From Turneriellaceae bacterium (GTDB lineage: Bacteria; Spirochaetota; Leptospiria; Turneriellales; JAOUFE01): DNA of 64,000 nt. The notes under the pieces were generated by a model that saw nothing but the letters and a program-made list of their open reading frames with translations, made no database searches and was not told the origin of the DNA. Numbering within the stretch: the stretch's first letter is position 1; every line of letters begins with the position of its first letter. Positions 35,104 through 44,943 of the stretch are shown here, piece after piece. The stretch covers positions 143,833 through 207,832 of the forward strand of contig JBNLDQ010000003.1 of the NCBI GenBank assembly GCA_050304475.1, given 5' to 3'. A program made the position numbers and the translations under genes.

Positions 35104-38100
35104 GAGCTTTCATCGCCTCTTCAAAGGCTTTATATCTTTCCCAGCGCTCCGCTATCCCCAGTTTTGCATCGGTTAGAAATTTGCCGGCCGCTTCAGGGTG
35201 CGTTTTCTTGAGAATGCTAAAGCGGGTTTCGTTGTACAAAAACTCTTCCAGGTCGGTTTTCGGATCTTTGCTGTCAAGCCGGAACATCGGTTTGCCTTTT
35301 TTTGCATAGTCCGGGTTGTAACGATAGAGCGGCCAGTAACCGGTTTCTACCGCTAGTTTTTGCTGGCGCATTCCGTAGCGTTGGTCATACCCGTGAGAAA
35401 TACAGTTGCTATAGGCAATAACCATAGAGGGCCCGTCAAAAGCTTCGGCTTCCATAATCGCTTTTACCGTTTGGTTTTCGTTTGCGCCCATGGCAATTTG
35501 CGCCACAAAAACATGACCATAGGTAATCATTTGCATGCCCAAATCTTTTTTCAAGAGCGCTTTTCCGCCTTCGGCAAATTTAGCATAGGCGCCTAACGGA
35601 GTCGCTTTTGACATTTGCCCCCCGGTGTTGGAGTACACCTCGGTATCCATCACCAGCAGGTTGACATTTTTACCCGAAGCCATGACATGGTCGACGCCGC
35701 CATAGCCGATATCGTACGCCCAACCGTCGCCCCCGACAATCCAGACGCTTTTGTGAACCATGGCGTCGGCAATGGAAAGCAGGAGGTTTGAGTCGTGGTT
35801 GTTGATTTCTTTTAATTTTTCTTTCAGCGCGGCCACTCGTTGCCGTTGGGCAAAAATTTCAGGCTCGTTTGTTTGCGGCGCTTGAAGAAGTTCGGTCGTC
35901 AAATTGTCGCCAATTTGAGAGCTAAGGTCGCGAAGCAGATTTTCGGCATGCTCGCGTTGTTGGTCGACGGTAAGCCGAAACCCTAAACCGAATTCAGCGG
36001 TATCTTCAAAAAGCGAGTTGTTCCAGGTCGGCCCCCGCCCTTCGGCATTTTTTGTATACGGGGTTGTCGGCAAGTTACCGCCGTAAATCGAAGAACATCC
36101 GGTTGAGTTCCCCACATACATACGGTCGCCAAAAAGCTGAGTTACCAGTTTCAGATAAGGCGTCTCGCCGCAACCGGGGCATGCGCCGGAAAATTCAAAT
36201 AGTGGCTGCAAGTACTGCGAGCCTTTGATGGTATCTTGTTTGATAGCGCTTCGGTCCACTTCAGGCAGAGACAAAAAGTAATCCCAATTGCCTATTTCCT
36301 GTTCTTTGACATCTTTTGCCGGCACCATCATAATGGATCGATGCTCGGGGTTCGCTTTGTCTACCGCGGGGCATATTTCATGGCAAAGGGCGCAACCGGT
36401 ACAATCTTCGGGAGCGACTTGAATCGAATACCCGGTGTTTTCCGGGAAATCACTGCCAATCACATCCATATGTTTAAATGACTCTGGCGCTTTATCCAGC
36501 AATCCCTTGTCATAGGCCTTGATTCGAATACATGCATGGGGGCAAACCAAAGCGCACTTCGCGCATTGGATACAGATATCGGGGTCCCAAACGGGCAGTT
36601 CTTGAGCAATATTCGCTTTCTCATAGGTTGTGGTACCCATGGGGAAAGTGCCGTCAATGGGCATCATGCTGACAGGAAGCTCGTTCCCCTTACCCTGGAT
36701 GATCGGCCCGACAAAGTTTTTCACAAAGTCGGGGGCAGAAGACGAAACGACTTCCGGCATGGCGGTTGAGCCAATCGCGTCCGCTTTCACTTCCACTTCA
36801 TGGAGGTTTTCCAGAGTCATGTCAACGGCCTGGAAGTTTTTCTGAATAATTTCATCGCCTTTTTTCGCATAGGTTTTGGCAATTGCCGCTTTGATCGACT
36901 CAATGGCTTCGTCTTTGGGCAGTACGCCTGAAATGGCAAAAAAGCAGGTCTGCATGATGGTATTTATGCGGCGGCCCATACCGGACATCTTTGCCACTTT
37001 GTATGCATCAATGACATAGAATTTAATGTTCTTTTGAACTATTGCCTCTTGCACCGGTTTGCTCAGGTTTTTCCAAACCTCTTTGTCGCTGTACGCCGTG
37101 TTCAAAAGGAAAACAGCCCCGTCAGAGGCGGAGTCAAGCATGGCAAAGCGATCAATCAGACCTTCCTGGTGGCAGGCAATGAAGTTCGCTTTGTTGACTT
37201 CGTACGAAGACTGAATGGGCTCTTTTCCGAAACGAAGGTGAGAGATGGTAACGGCGCCCGCTTTTTTTGAGTCATAAACAAAGTGACCTTGCGTATAAAA
37301 GTCGGTGCCTTCGCCAATAATTTTAATGGAGTTTTTGTTCGCGCTCACCGTTCCGTCGGAACCGAGTCCGTAAAACATACCGCGGAACACATCTTCGGAT
37401 TCAACCGAAAAGTGCGGATCAAAGTCAAGGCTGAGCTTGGAAATATCGTCGTGGATACCAACGGTGAATCTTCGTTTGGGCGAATCTTTGCCCATCTCAT
37501 CGAAAACCGCTTTAATCATTCCGGCGTTAAACTCTTTGGAAGAGAGACCGTAGCGCCCGCCAATGATTTTTACTTCGTTTTGAAAGTTTTTATACTTTTC
37601 TTCGCGGTTATCGTGAAAGGCATTGATCACATCGACCAGCAAAGGTTCTCCGGTCGCGCCCGGTTCTTTGGTACGGTCCATCACGGCGACGGTTTTCACC
37701 GTATCGGGCAACGCTTCAATTAATGATTTCATTGAGAAAGGACGGAACAAGCGAACTTTAACGACGCCTGTTTTTTCGCCATTTTTATTTTGGTATTTCA
37801 CCATCTCATGAACGGCTTCGGCCCCGGAGCCCATGATAATGATAACTTTCTCGGCTTGCGGATCGCCGTGGTATTCAAACAGCTGATACTGGCGTCCGGT
37901 TAATTTGGCAAAACGATCCATCGCCGCTTGCGTAATTTCCGGAGTTTTCTCATAAAACTCGTTGCACCGTTCGCGGGCCTGGAAATAAACATCGGGGTTT
38001 TGCGAGGAACCGCGTAAAATCGGATCGTCAGGGGTCATCGCTCGTTTTCTCAGTTCGATTAACTTGCTTTCTGGAATCATCGTTCGAAGATCGTCATCCG

Positions 38101-38662
38101 AAAGCATTGTAATTTTTTGAACTTCGTGAGAGACTCGAAACCCGTCAAAAAAGTGCAGAAAAGGAATGCGCGCATCCAGGGTGGAAGCCAGCGCAATGCA
38201 CGCAAAGTCATGCGCTTCTTGCACGGACCCCGAAGGCATCATCGCCCAGCCTGTCTGGCGCACAGACATGGCATCGGAGTGATCGCCAAAAATTGAGAGC
38301 GCATGTGTTGCAATCGTTCGCGCGGCAATATGAAATACTGTAGGGGTCAGCTCGCCCGCAATTTTATACATATTGGGGATCATGAGCAAAAGCCCTTGCG
38401 ATGCGGTAAATGTTGTGGTCATGGACCCGGACTGCAAGGCGCCATGAACGGTTCCGGCGGCGCCGGCTTCGCTTTGCATTTCAATCACTGTCGGGACCGT
38501 ACCCCAGATGTTTTTCTTACCGGTCGAGGCCCAGGCATCCGAAAATTCGCCCATATTGGATGAGGGTGTAATGGGATAAATTGAGATTACTTCGTTTGTT
38601 CGGAAAGCGACGCTTGCAACGGCCTCGTTCCCTTCAACCATAGTTTTTTGCGCTTTAGACAT
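35084..38662 (-). CDS. nifJ: Pyruvate:ferredoxin (flavodoxin) oxidoreductase, single-polypeptide type
   Basis: 1192 aa. Two ferredoxin-type motifs (CIQCAKCALVCPHACI and CTGCALCHEICP). TPP-binding region GGDGWAYDIGYGGVDHV. CPGCGETPY. Confidence 0.95.
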   Translation of the reverse strand: MSKAQKTMVEGNEAVASVAFRTNEVISIYPITPSSNMGEFSDAWASTGKKNIWGTVPTVIEMQSEAGAAGTVHGALQSGSMTTTFTASQGLLLMIPNMYKIAGELTPTVFHIAARTIATHALSIFGDHSDAMSVRQTGWAMMPSGSVQEAHDFACIALASTLDARIPFLHFFDGFRVSHEVQKITMLSDDDLRTMIPESKLIELRKRAMTPDDPILRGSSQNPDVYFQARERCNEFYEKTPEITQAAMDRFAKLTGRQYQLFEYHGDPQAEKVIIIMGSGAEAVHEMVKYQNKNGEKTGVVKVRLFRPFSMKSLIEALPDTVKTVAVMDRTKEPGATGEPLLVDVINAFHDNREEKYKNFQNEVKIIGGRYGLSSKEFNAGMIKAVFDEMGKDSPKRRFTVGIHDDISKLSLDFDPHFSVESEDVFRGMFYGLGSDGTVSANKNSIKIIGEGTDFYTQGHFVYDSKKAGAVTISHLRFGKEPIQSSYEVNKANFIACHQEGLIDRFAMLDSASDGAVFLLNTAYSDKEVWKNLSKPVQEAIVQKNIKFYVIDAYKVAKMSGMGRRINTIMQTCFFAISGVLPKDEAIESIKAAIAKTYAKKGDEIIQKNFQAVDMTLENLHEVEVKADAIGSTAMPEVVSSSAPDFVKNFVGPIIQGKGNELPVSMMPIDGTFPMGTTTYEKANIAQELPVWDPDICIQCAKCALVCPHACIRIKAYDKGLLDKAPESFKHMDVIGSDFPENTGYSIQVAPEDCTGCALCHEICPAVDKANPEHRSIMMVPAKDVKEQEIGNWDYFLSLPEVDRSAIKQDTIKGSQYLQPLFEFSGACPGCGETPYLKLVTQLFGDRMYVGNSTGCSSIYGGNLPTTPYTKNAEGRGPTWNNSLFEDTAEFGLGFRLTVDQQREHAENLLRDLSSQIGDNLTTELLQAPQTNEPEIFAQRQRVAALKEKLKEINNHDSNLLLSIADAMVHKSVWIVGGDGWAYDIGYGGVDHVMASGKNVNLLVMDTEVYSNTGGQMSKATPLGAYAKFAEGGKALLKKDLGMQMITYGHVFVAQIAMGANENQTVKAIMEAEAFDGPSMVIAYSNCISHGYDQRYGMRQQKLAVETGYWPLYRYNPDYAKKGKPMFRLDSKDPKTDLEEFLYNETRFSILKKTHPEAAGKFLTDAKLGIAERWERYKAFEEAMKAHAERAK

Positions 38663-39074
38663 AGGCTATTCCTCTTGATTTTCTGTGCTTATTTTCCAAC
38701 CGCTGCGCCGATCCGTCGTTCGGAAATGGGTTTAACTGATTATACGATCCAGTTTTTTCAGAATACGGGTGGTCAACCTTTTTTTACGAAAAAGCTGTGA
38801 ATCTGTTTTGGATTATGTCTCCTCGCGCACCGGAGCAAAATACGAAAACGTAGAATAGTCCCCCCGCCCAAAGGTGGGGAATACAAAAATAATAGCAATT
38901 TTTCCATTTTTTTTTCAACTTTTTTCACATTTTCAAAATTGAATAAAAGTCATTTCAAAATGAAACTTCCCATGTAACCAAAATTTTCTTCAAAATGCAT
39001 ATCGACGAATCAATAAAAGACGACTTCAATTAACCTTGACAACCTCGCTGATTTCCGGTCATAGACTGGTTCTT

Positions 39075-39869
39075 ATGAACTTTAAAGTGGAAAACGTCTC
39101 CTCAGTACGCAGGGGAATCAATGAATACATCGCCCAAGCCGAACGCAACAACCCAATCCGCGCCTTGTTTGAAGTGGATGTCACAGACTTGCGAAACGCC
39201 ATTCGGAAATACCGCAGGGAAACAGGGAACAACCTTTCGCTAACGTCCTATCTGGGTTCCGTCTTTGCCCAAGCCCTTGCCGATAACCCCGGCGTACAAA
39301 AATACCATTACGGGAAAAAAAAGGTAGTCTCATTTGAGAATGTCGACCTTTGCATTGTAATAGAAAGAAAAGTCGAAGGCAAGCTCTCTCCGTCAAACTA
39401 CATCGTTCGCAATGCCGACACAAAAGGGATGGAAGAAATTGAACGCGAAATCCGGGAGGCAAAAAAAGCCGATGACGATAACGCCATTGGCGAAAAGAAA
39501 AACCCGGGCCAAAAGTTTGCCCGCCTCCCCTCAATAATACGACGCATATTATTGGCTTTGGTATTTACCCGGAAACCGCACCTGCGCCGAAAAATATTCG
39601 GAACCGCCGTTCTCAGCTCGGTAGGCATGTTCGGCCATGCCAACGGATACGGAATCCCCTATACCCCGTATACCATGAGCCTTATGGTGGGCGGCCTGGG
39701 GAAAAAACCCCGATTTGTCGGTCATGAACTGAAAAACAGGGAGATGTTGCATTTAACCTTGACAATCAATCATGATATGGTAGATGGAGCCCCTATGTCG
39801 CGCTTTGTACATGAGTTAATCGCTTTGATCCATAATGCGCATGGGCTGGAAAAATACCGGGAAAAGTAA
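39075..39869 (+). CDS. Stand-alone 2-oxoacid-dehydrogenase-type (E2 catalytic domain / CAT-fold) acyltransferase
   Basis: C-terminal LTLTINHDMVDGAPMSRFVHEL corresponds to the E2 catalytic DHRxxDG motif region. No lipoyl or subunit-binding domain is present. Start placed at the first ATG (39075) rather than TTG 39036. Confidence 0.7.
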   Translation: MNFKVENVSSVRRGINEYIAQAERNNPIRALFEVDVTDLRNAIRKYRRETGNNLSLTSYLGSVFAQALADNPGVQKYHYGKKKVVSFENVDLCIVIERKVEGKLSPSNYIVRNADTKGMEEIEREIREAKKADDDNAIGEKKNPGQKFARLPSIIRRILLALVFTRKPHLRRKIFGTAVLSSVGMFGHANGYGIPYTPYTMSLMVGGLGKKPRFVGHELKNREMLHLTLTINHDMVDGAPMSRFVHELIALIHNAHGLEKYREK

Positions 39870-39954
39870 TTCTTTTCCGGGTGTCATAACAAATGCCCCC
39901 GAAAGTATAAAAACAGCACAATCTAACAGAAAGGAATAGAGAGAAGGATAAGAG

Positions 39955-41073
39955 ATGAAAGACCATTGGATAATTACCGAAGAGCCCATGGCGGGCTATT
40001 ACTTGAAAAACATTTTTCGTTTGCTCTGGCAAAACAGGTTTAGAATGCATGTGAAGTACATTCCCCGTTTTCTGTATGGTATTATCGTAGCAACGCTCTT
40101 TCTCCCCTTCCGTTTAATTGAATCCATTCGTTTTAACGGTAAAATCGATAAAACGAAAGTGGAAAAAGACCCGGTCTTCATCATTGGGTACTATCGTTCC
40201 GGGACAACCTACCTGATTACCATGTTTTCCAAAGACAAGTCCAAGGGGTATGTCTCTAACATTGAAGGTTACCTGCCCGGTATGTTTCTTGCCTTCCCCA
40301 AATTCTCCGAGTGGATTATTGCCATGTCTCTTCCCGAAGAACGTCCGATGGACAGCGTAGAGATGAGCCCCTGGGAGCCTACGGAAGAAGAATACTCTAT
40401 CGGGGCCAAAGATGAATTTGGCATTTACAACGGGTTTATTTTCCCCAGAAAATTTCGGCACTATTCCAAATACAACTCGTTTGAAGGGATGCCCAAAGAG
40501 TTGGCCCGCTGGAAAAAAGCCTTTCAATGGTTTACCCGAAAAATGACCATCCGTTACCATGGGAAACAAATTATTTACAAAAACCCTTCAGCCACCTACC
40601 GGATCGACCACATCCTGGAAATGTACCCCAACGCGAAATTTGTTTTGATCCACCGGAATCCTTATGAACTGTTTGAATCAAATGTGCGCTACCACCGCGA
40701 AGTTTTTGCCATCTACGCGCTGCAAACCTGGGATGACGCCGATATGCAACAAACCATCCTCGACAATTATCGCGAACTATGTGAAAAACTGGAGCAGCAC
40801 AGAAAGCTTCTGGGGAAAGATCGTCTTGTGGAAATTCATTACGAAGACTTTGTAAAAAACCCGGTCGACCAAATGAAAAAAATATATACGCAATTGGGAA
40901 TCGAGGGATACAAAGAAGCCGAGCCGGCGTTTAAGGCTCATTTCGACTCGCAAAAAAATTACAAGGCGCATAAGTACGAATTTAGCGACGACACAATTAA
41001 CAAGGTTAATGATAACTGGGGTCATTTCACGAAAAAATTCGGTTATACCTTGTTAAAACCCAAGTCGAAATAA
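39955..41073 (+). CDS. Membrane-anchored sulfotransferase-family protein
   Basis: N-terminal TM (IPRFLYGIIVATLFLPF). 5'-PSB-like loop IIGYYRSGTTYLITMF. 3'-PB-like FVLIHRNPYELFES. Confidence 0.85.
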   Translation: MKDHWIITEEPMAGYYLKNIFRLLWQNRFRMHVKYIPRFLYGIIVATLFLPFRLIESIRFNGKIDKTKVEKDPVFIIGYYRSGTTYLITMFSKDKSKGYVSNIEGYLPGMFLAFPKFSEWIIAMSLPEERPMDSVEMSPWEPTEEEYSIGAKDEFGIYNGFIFPRKFRHYSKYNSFEGMPKELARWKKAFQWFTRKMTIRYHGKQIIYKNPSATYRIDHILEMYPNAKFVLIHRNPYELFESNVRYHREVFAIYALQTWDDADMQQTILDNYRELCEKLEQHRKLLGKDRLVEIHYEDFVKNPVDQMKKIYTQLGIEGYKEAEPAFKAHFDSQKNYKAHKYEFSDDTINKVNDNWGHFTKKFGYTLLKPKSK

Positions 41074-41157
41074 ACGGGCGGTTTCCGGGCCTGCGAGCTT
41101 CGACAACGAAAGATACACGAAGCGCCATGATAAAGTGATGGTACAAGAAGCCAAATT

Positions 41158-42117
41158 ATGAAACAGCAAATGAACCGCTTTTTCTTTCTACTCTTCATTT
41201 TTAATATCTTCAACCAGGCTGCGCTTGGCGCCGAATGGACGCGGTATAAATCGCCTGGCGAACCGTATAGTTTTGAAATGACCGGCGCTCCGATTGAAGA
41301 TACTGTCTACTTCAACACAACCGCAGGCGAAATTGAATATAGCATGCTCGTCTGGAAAAACGATGAAGTAAAAATGGTTTTTTATTACGCCGACTTTCCT
41401 ACGCGCTATATCCAACGTACCGATATCGCTTCCATTTTTAACGAGCGGCGAACCGCCATTTTACGGGAAACCGGGGGCCGGCTCGGGTTTGAAAAAAATA
41501 TTTTTTACGAATCGTTTGGGGGACGCGAGCTTATGGTTGAGCTCCCGAAAACAAACCGGGATCAGGAAGAACCCGAACGCGTCTATGCCCGGTTTTACCT
41601 GGTCCATGACCGTTTTTATGAGCTTCGCATCACCGGGTACGAGACAAAGGGGTTCGATAAAACCGTAGAACGTTTTTTAACTTCTTTTCACCTCGATCAA
41701 AACAACCAAACGGAAATCGACCGGCACTTGCGCTATCTTGGCATCGATTATAAAATTGACGAAACGCAAACCTATCGCCTGACCCTGGGGATCGACAAGG
41801 AACGCTCGCAAATGGTGGTAATCACAATATTGAATACCGAAGTCGATAACCGCCCCTACTTTGACATTTGGTCGCCCGTCGGTTCGTACAAGGGACAACT
41901 GAGCGCGGAAATTGGCGAAAGTCTGCTGGTAGCCAATTCCGAAATCGATCTTGGCTCTTACCAGGTGATTGAAAGCGAAGACGGCGGTAAAATGATGGTA
42001 TTTTCCGTTCAGGTTGCCGGGGGCATGAAGGTTGAAGTTTTTAAAAGCCTGCTCATCATGGTATCCAGAAACGCCGATGCAATGGAACAAAAACTTACCA
42101 GCGCAGACCAGTATTGA
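41158..42117 (+). CDS. Hypothetical secreted two-domain protein
   Basis: Signal peptide MKQQMNRFFFLLFIFNIFNQAALGAEW. No motif assigned. Confidence 0.75.
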   Translation: MKQQMNRFFFLLFIFNIFNQAALGAEWTRYKSPGEPYSFEMTGAPIEDTVYFNTTAGEIEYSMLVWKNDEVKMVFYYADFPTRYIQRTDIASIFNERRTAILRETGGRLGFEKNIFYESFGGRELMVELPKTNRDQEEPERVYARFYLVHDRFYELRITGYETKGFDKTVERFLTSFHLDQNNQTEIDRHLRYLGIDYKIDETQTYRLTLGIDKERSQMVVITILNTEVDNRPYFDIWSPVGSYKGQLSAEIGESLLVANSEIDLGSYQVIESEDGGKMMVFSVQVAGGMKVEVFKSLLIMVSRNADAMEQKLTSADQY

Positions 42118-42216
42118 TTTTTTCGCCATCTTTGGCTAAGCCGGTCAGTCAATTAACCCCCGAAACGCATAGAAATATTATTCTTGTAAATTTCGATGTT
42201 GTTGCTAATTTAGCTC

Positions 42217-43836
42217 ATGAAATCAACACGACACCGCTTTGCACTATATTTTCGTTTTGCTTTACTTCCTATTCTATCTTTCACGTTTGCTTTGGCGTTG
42301 GCCCCCCCGCTCATGGCGGAAGATGCGGCCGATATCGCCAAACAACTCACTGCCGGCTTGCCGCGTAGCATTAACAAAATTGCCGTCGCCGGTTTTGAAA
42401 CGGCCGAAGACGCGCCCGCCGAATATGCGCAACTGTCGGATGTCATTGCCGAACGGCTGACCACGGCGCTTGTTCAAAACGCCCCGCCGGAAGTCCTGGA
42501 AAGAAGGTTGTTGAAAAAACTTCTCGAAGAAAAAGGGCTTGAGTTATCCGGGGTTTTGGAAGGCGACAACGGAGACCTTTCCGAAATTGGCGGGCTTCTC
42601 AAGGTCGAGGCGATTGTCATTGGCACTCTTTTTGCCACCGCCGGCGAAGTCGACGCCGAATTAAACGCGCGCCTGGTCGACACAAAAACGGGCAAAATTC
42701 TAAACGCCGTGCAGATGGGCGTACAGCTCAACGAGCGCAAAAACGATGTGCAAACCTACCGTCCCATGGAAGAGGTACTTGCCTCAGCGGCGCTGATCCA
42801 GGTCGCTCTTCTTCTCGATACCAGCAACTCCATGGACGGGTTAATTTTACAGACAAAAACGCAGTTATGGAAAATTGTAAACGAACTGGCTTCCAGCGAA
42901 AAAAACGGCAAAGCGCCTTCGATTCAAATTGCCGTTTACGAATACGGTAACGATAACCTGAATGTTTCCCGCGGTTATGTGCGCCAGGTGTTGCCTTTCA
43001 CTGACGATATGGATCTGGTCTCAAAACAGCTCTTTGAGCTGAAAACCAACGGCGGCCAGGAATACGCCGGCTATGTCATTCGGGACGCCGTGCAAAAACT
43101 AAGCTGGAAAGATTCGGACAACGTCTATAAAACCATTTTTATTGCAGGCAACGAAGAGTTCAACCAGGGGCCCGTCTCTTTTCAAGAGGCGGTCGCATCA
43201 GGCGTACAAAAAGATATTTTCATCAATGCCATTTATTGCGGCGGGGCCGGCGAATCCGACGCCAGAGGATGGCAAGCGGCCGCTAAAGCGGGCAACGGTA
43301 TGTTTTTAAACATCGACCAAAACCGCGAACGGCGTGTCGTATCAACGCCGTACGATCAACGGATTTCCGAGCTGGGGATTGAGCTAAATAGCACCTATAT
43401 CCCCTATGGCGAAGGGGGCTATGAAGCGGCCGAAGAACAGGAAATGCAAGACAAATTTGCTTCGGATCATGCAGCCAGCGGAGCCATGGTGGAACGGCAA
43501 GTCTTTAAGGCAAAGTCGCAATACTCGGCGTCTAAATCCTGGGATATCGTTACATTAGTTGAATCGGGCCAGGTTAAAATCGATGAAATAAAAAAAGAAC
43601 AGTTGCCCCCGGAGCTGCAAAAAAAATCGGACGCTGAATTAAAAGCCTATATCGAAGAGCGTATTGAAGCGCGGAAAAAAATGCAAAATGAAATCACCGA
43701 CCTCGGAAAAAAACGCGACGATTATATCCGAAAAGAACAGGCTAAATCGCAAAGCAATGCGGGCGATGCTCTGGATACTCAAATGAAGAAGGCCCTGAAA
43801 GAGCAAGCCGAGTCTAAAAACTTCGAGTTTCAATAA
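42217..43836 (+). CDS. Secreted von Willebrand factor A (VWA) domain protein with a C-terminal charged coiled-coil-like tail
   Basis: Signal peptide. MIDAS-type motif VALLLDTSNSMDG, and later TIFIAGNEEF. Lys/Glu-rich C-terminus. Confidence 0.85.
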   Translation: MKSTRHRFALYFRFALLPILSFTFALALAPPLMAEDAADIAKQLTAGLPRSINKIAVAGFETAEDAPAEYAQLSDVIAERLTTALVQNAPPEVLERRLLKKLLEEKGLELSGVLEGDNGDLSEIGGLLKVEAIVIGTLFATAGEVDAELNARLVDTKTGKILNAVQMGVQLNERKNDVQTYRPMEEVLASAALIQVALLLDTSNSMDGLILQTKTQLWKIVNELASSEKNGKAPSIQIAVYEYGNDNLNVSRGYVRQVLPFTDDMDLVSKQLFELKTNGGQEYAGYVIRDAVQKLSWKDSDNVYKTIFIAGNEEFNQGPVSFQEAVASGVQKDIFINAIYCGGAGESDARGWQAAAKAGNGMFLNIDQNRERRVVSTPYDQRISELGIELNSTYIPYGEGGYEAAEEQEMQDKFASDHAASGAMVERQVFKAKSQYSASKSWDIVTLVESGQVKIDEIKKEQLPPELQKKSDAELKAYIEERIEARKKMQNEITDLGKKRDDYIRKEQAKSQSNAGDALDTQMKKALKEQAESKNFEFQ

Positions 43837-43867
43837 AAAGGACCTGTTGGGAAACACCGCAAAAAGG

Positions 43868-44512
43868 TCAGTTGTCTTTTAGAGTATAAACGAGCGGAAA
43901 GTCAATGATCACGGCTGTCCGCTTGCCGTCAATCATGGGCGGCGTAAAGCGCGCCTTCTGCATATTTTTCATCCCGGCGATGTAAAATTCCATTTCAATC
44001 TTTTTTTTCATCTCGTCCGGCAGCTCTTTGCTAAGCTGGATACCGATCACCTCGATTTTTCTGACATTGCCTTTCTCATCGATTAAAAGCGAATAGGTAA
44101 TCTTCGCTTCGACATCTTCTTCTCTGGCGATTGCCGGGAAATTGTTTTCCATCGGGACAATGCTACGCGGGTGGTCAATGTTCGGGTAAAAAGAGAGATC
44201 GACGGCGACGGATTCCAGGGCGGCGACTTCGGTATCTTCTTGCGCTTCTTCGCCTTCTTCCGTTGAAATTTCGGAATTCTTCGTCGACTTTGTCTGAACA
44301 TTGACCATCTGCAACGGCTGGTATGCGCCAAAGTCGCTCACATCAAATTCGGAGGAGTGATAAAACAAAGCAAACAAGGTGATGGCAAGGGCAATGCTGA
44401 ACGAAAAACGATACGGGTATTGATCTTGCCAAAAATTCAAACGCTGGTAAACCGATTTAAACGCCTGGAACAAGGTATCCGGGAAAAATGCGCTTGAGTT
44501 GTTTTCTTTCAT
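43868..44512 (-). CDS. tonB: TonB-family energy transducer (second copy)
   Basis: N-terminal TM (FSFSIALAITLFALFY), an acidic linker, and a C-terminal TonB-like domain (PMENNFPAIAREEDVEAKITYSLLIDEKGNVRKIEV...FTPPMIDGKRT). ATG 44512, 10 nt after the exbD stop, preferred over TTG 44539. Confidence 0.8.
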   Translation of the reverse strand: MKENNSSAFFPDTLFQAFKSVYQRLNFWQDQYPYRFSFSIALAITLFALFYHSSEFDVSDFGAYQPLQMVNVQTKSTKNSEISTEEGEEAQEDTEVAALESVAVDLSFYPNIDHPRSIVPMENNFPAIAREEDVEAKITYSLLIDEKGNVRKIEVIGIQLSKELPDEMKKKIEMEFYIAGMKNMQKARFTPPMIDGKRTAVIIDFPLVYTLKDN

Positions 44513-44522
44513 GACGGTAACG

Positions 44523-44942
44523 TTATGGACTCGCCTCAAGCGGTTCGGAAAGCAACATCACGTTTCTAAATTCGTGAACCTTTAAAACATCCAGCACCTG
44601 AGAGATGATCGAATATGGCAGATCTTTGTGAGCAAATACCACCACTTTCTTTTCAATGTCAAACCGGTTCTCAATTAATTTTTTCGAGAGAATCTCCAGC
44701 GTAATTTGGTCATGAAACCAGAAAAGGCGGCCGTCGGGCGTAATCGTAATATAGTAGCTATTGGGTTCCGCCCCTTCGGTTTCAGCCTGGGGCAAAACAA
44801 TCCCCGGTTCATCGGGCATATCGGTGGTTGTCGTGACCATGAAAAAAATAAGCAACAAAAGAGCGATATCGGCCATCGCCGCAGTCTGAGAAACGGCGAA
44901 AAGCCTCCGTAGAAAAGGGTTTTGTTTTTTGTAAGCGTACAT
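44523..44942 (-). CDS. exbD: ExbD/TolR-family protein
   Basis: MADIALLLLIFFMVTTTT TM segment and an ExbD-like periplasmic domain. Confidence 0.85.
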   Translation of the reverse strand: MYAYKKQNPFLRRLFAVSQTAAMADIALLLLIFFMVTTTTDMPDEPGIVLPQAETEGAEPNSYYITITPDGRLFWFHDQITLEILSKKLIENRFDIEKKVVVFAHKDLPYSIISQVLDVLKVHEFRNVMLLSEPLEASP

Positions 44943-44943
44943 G

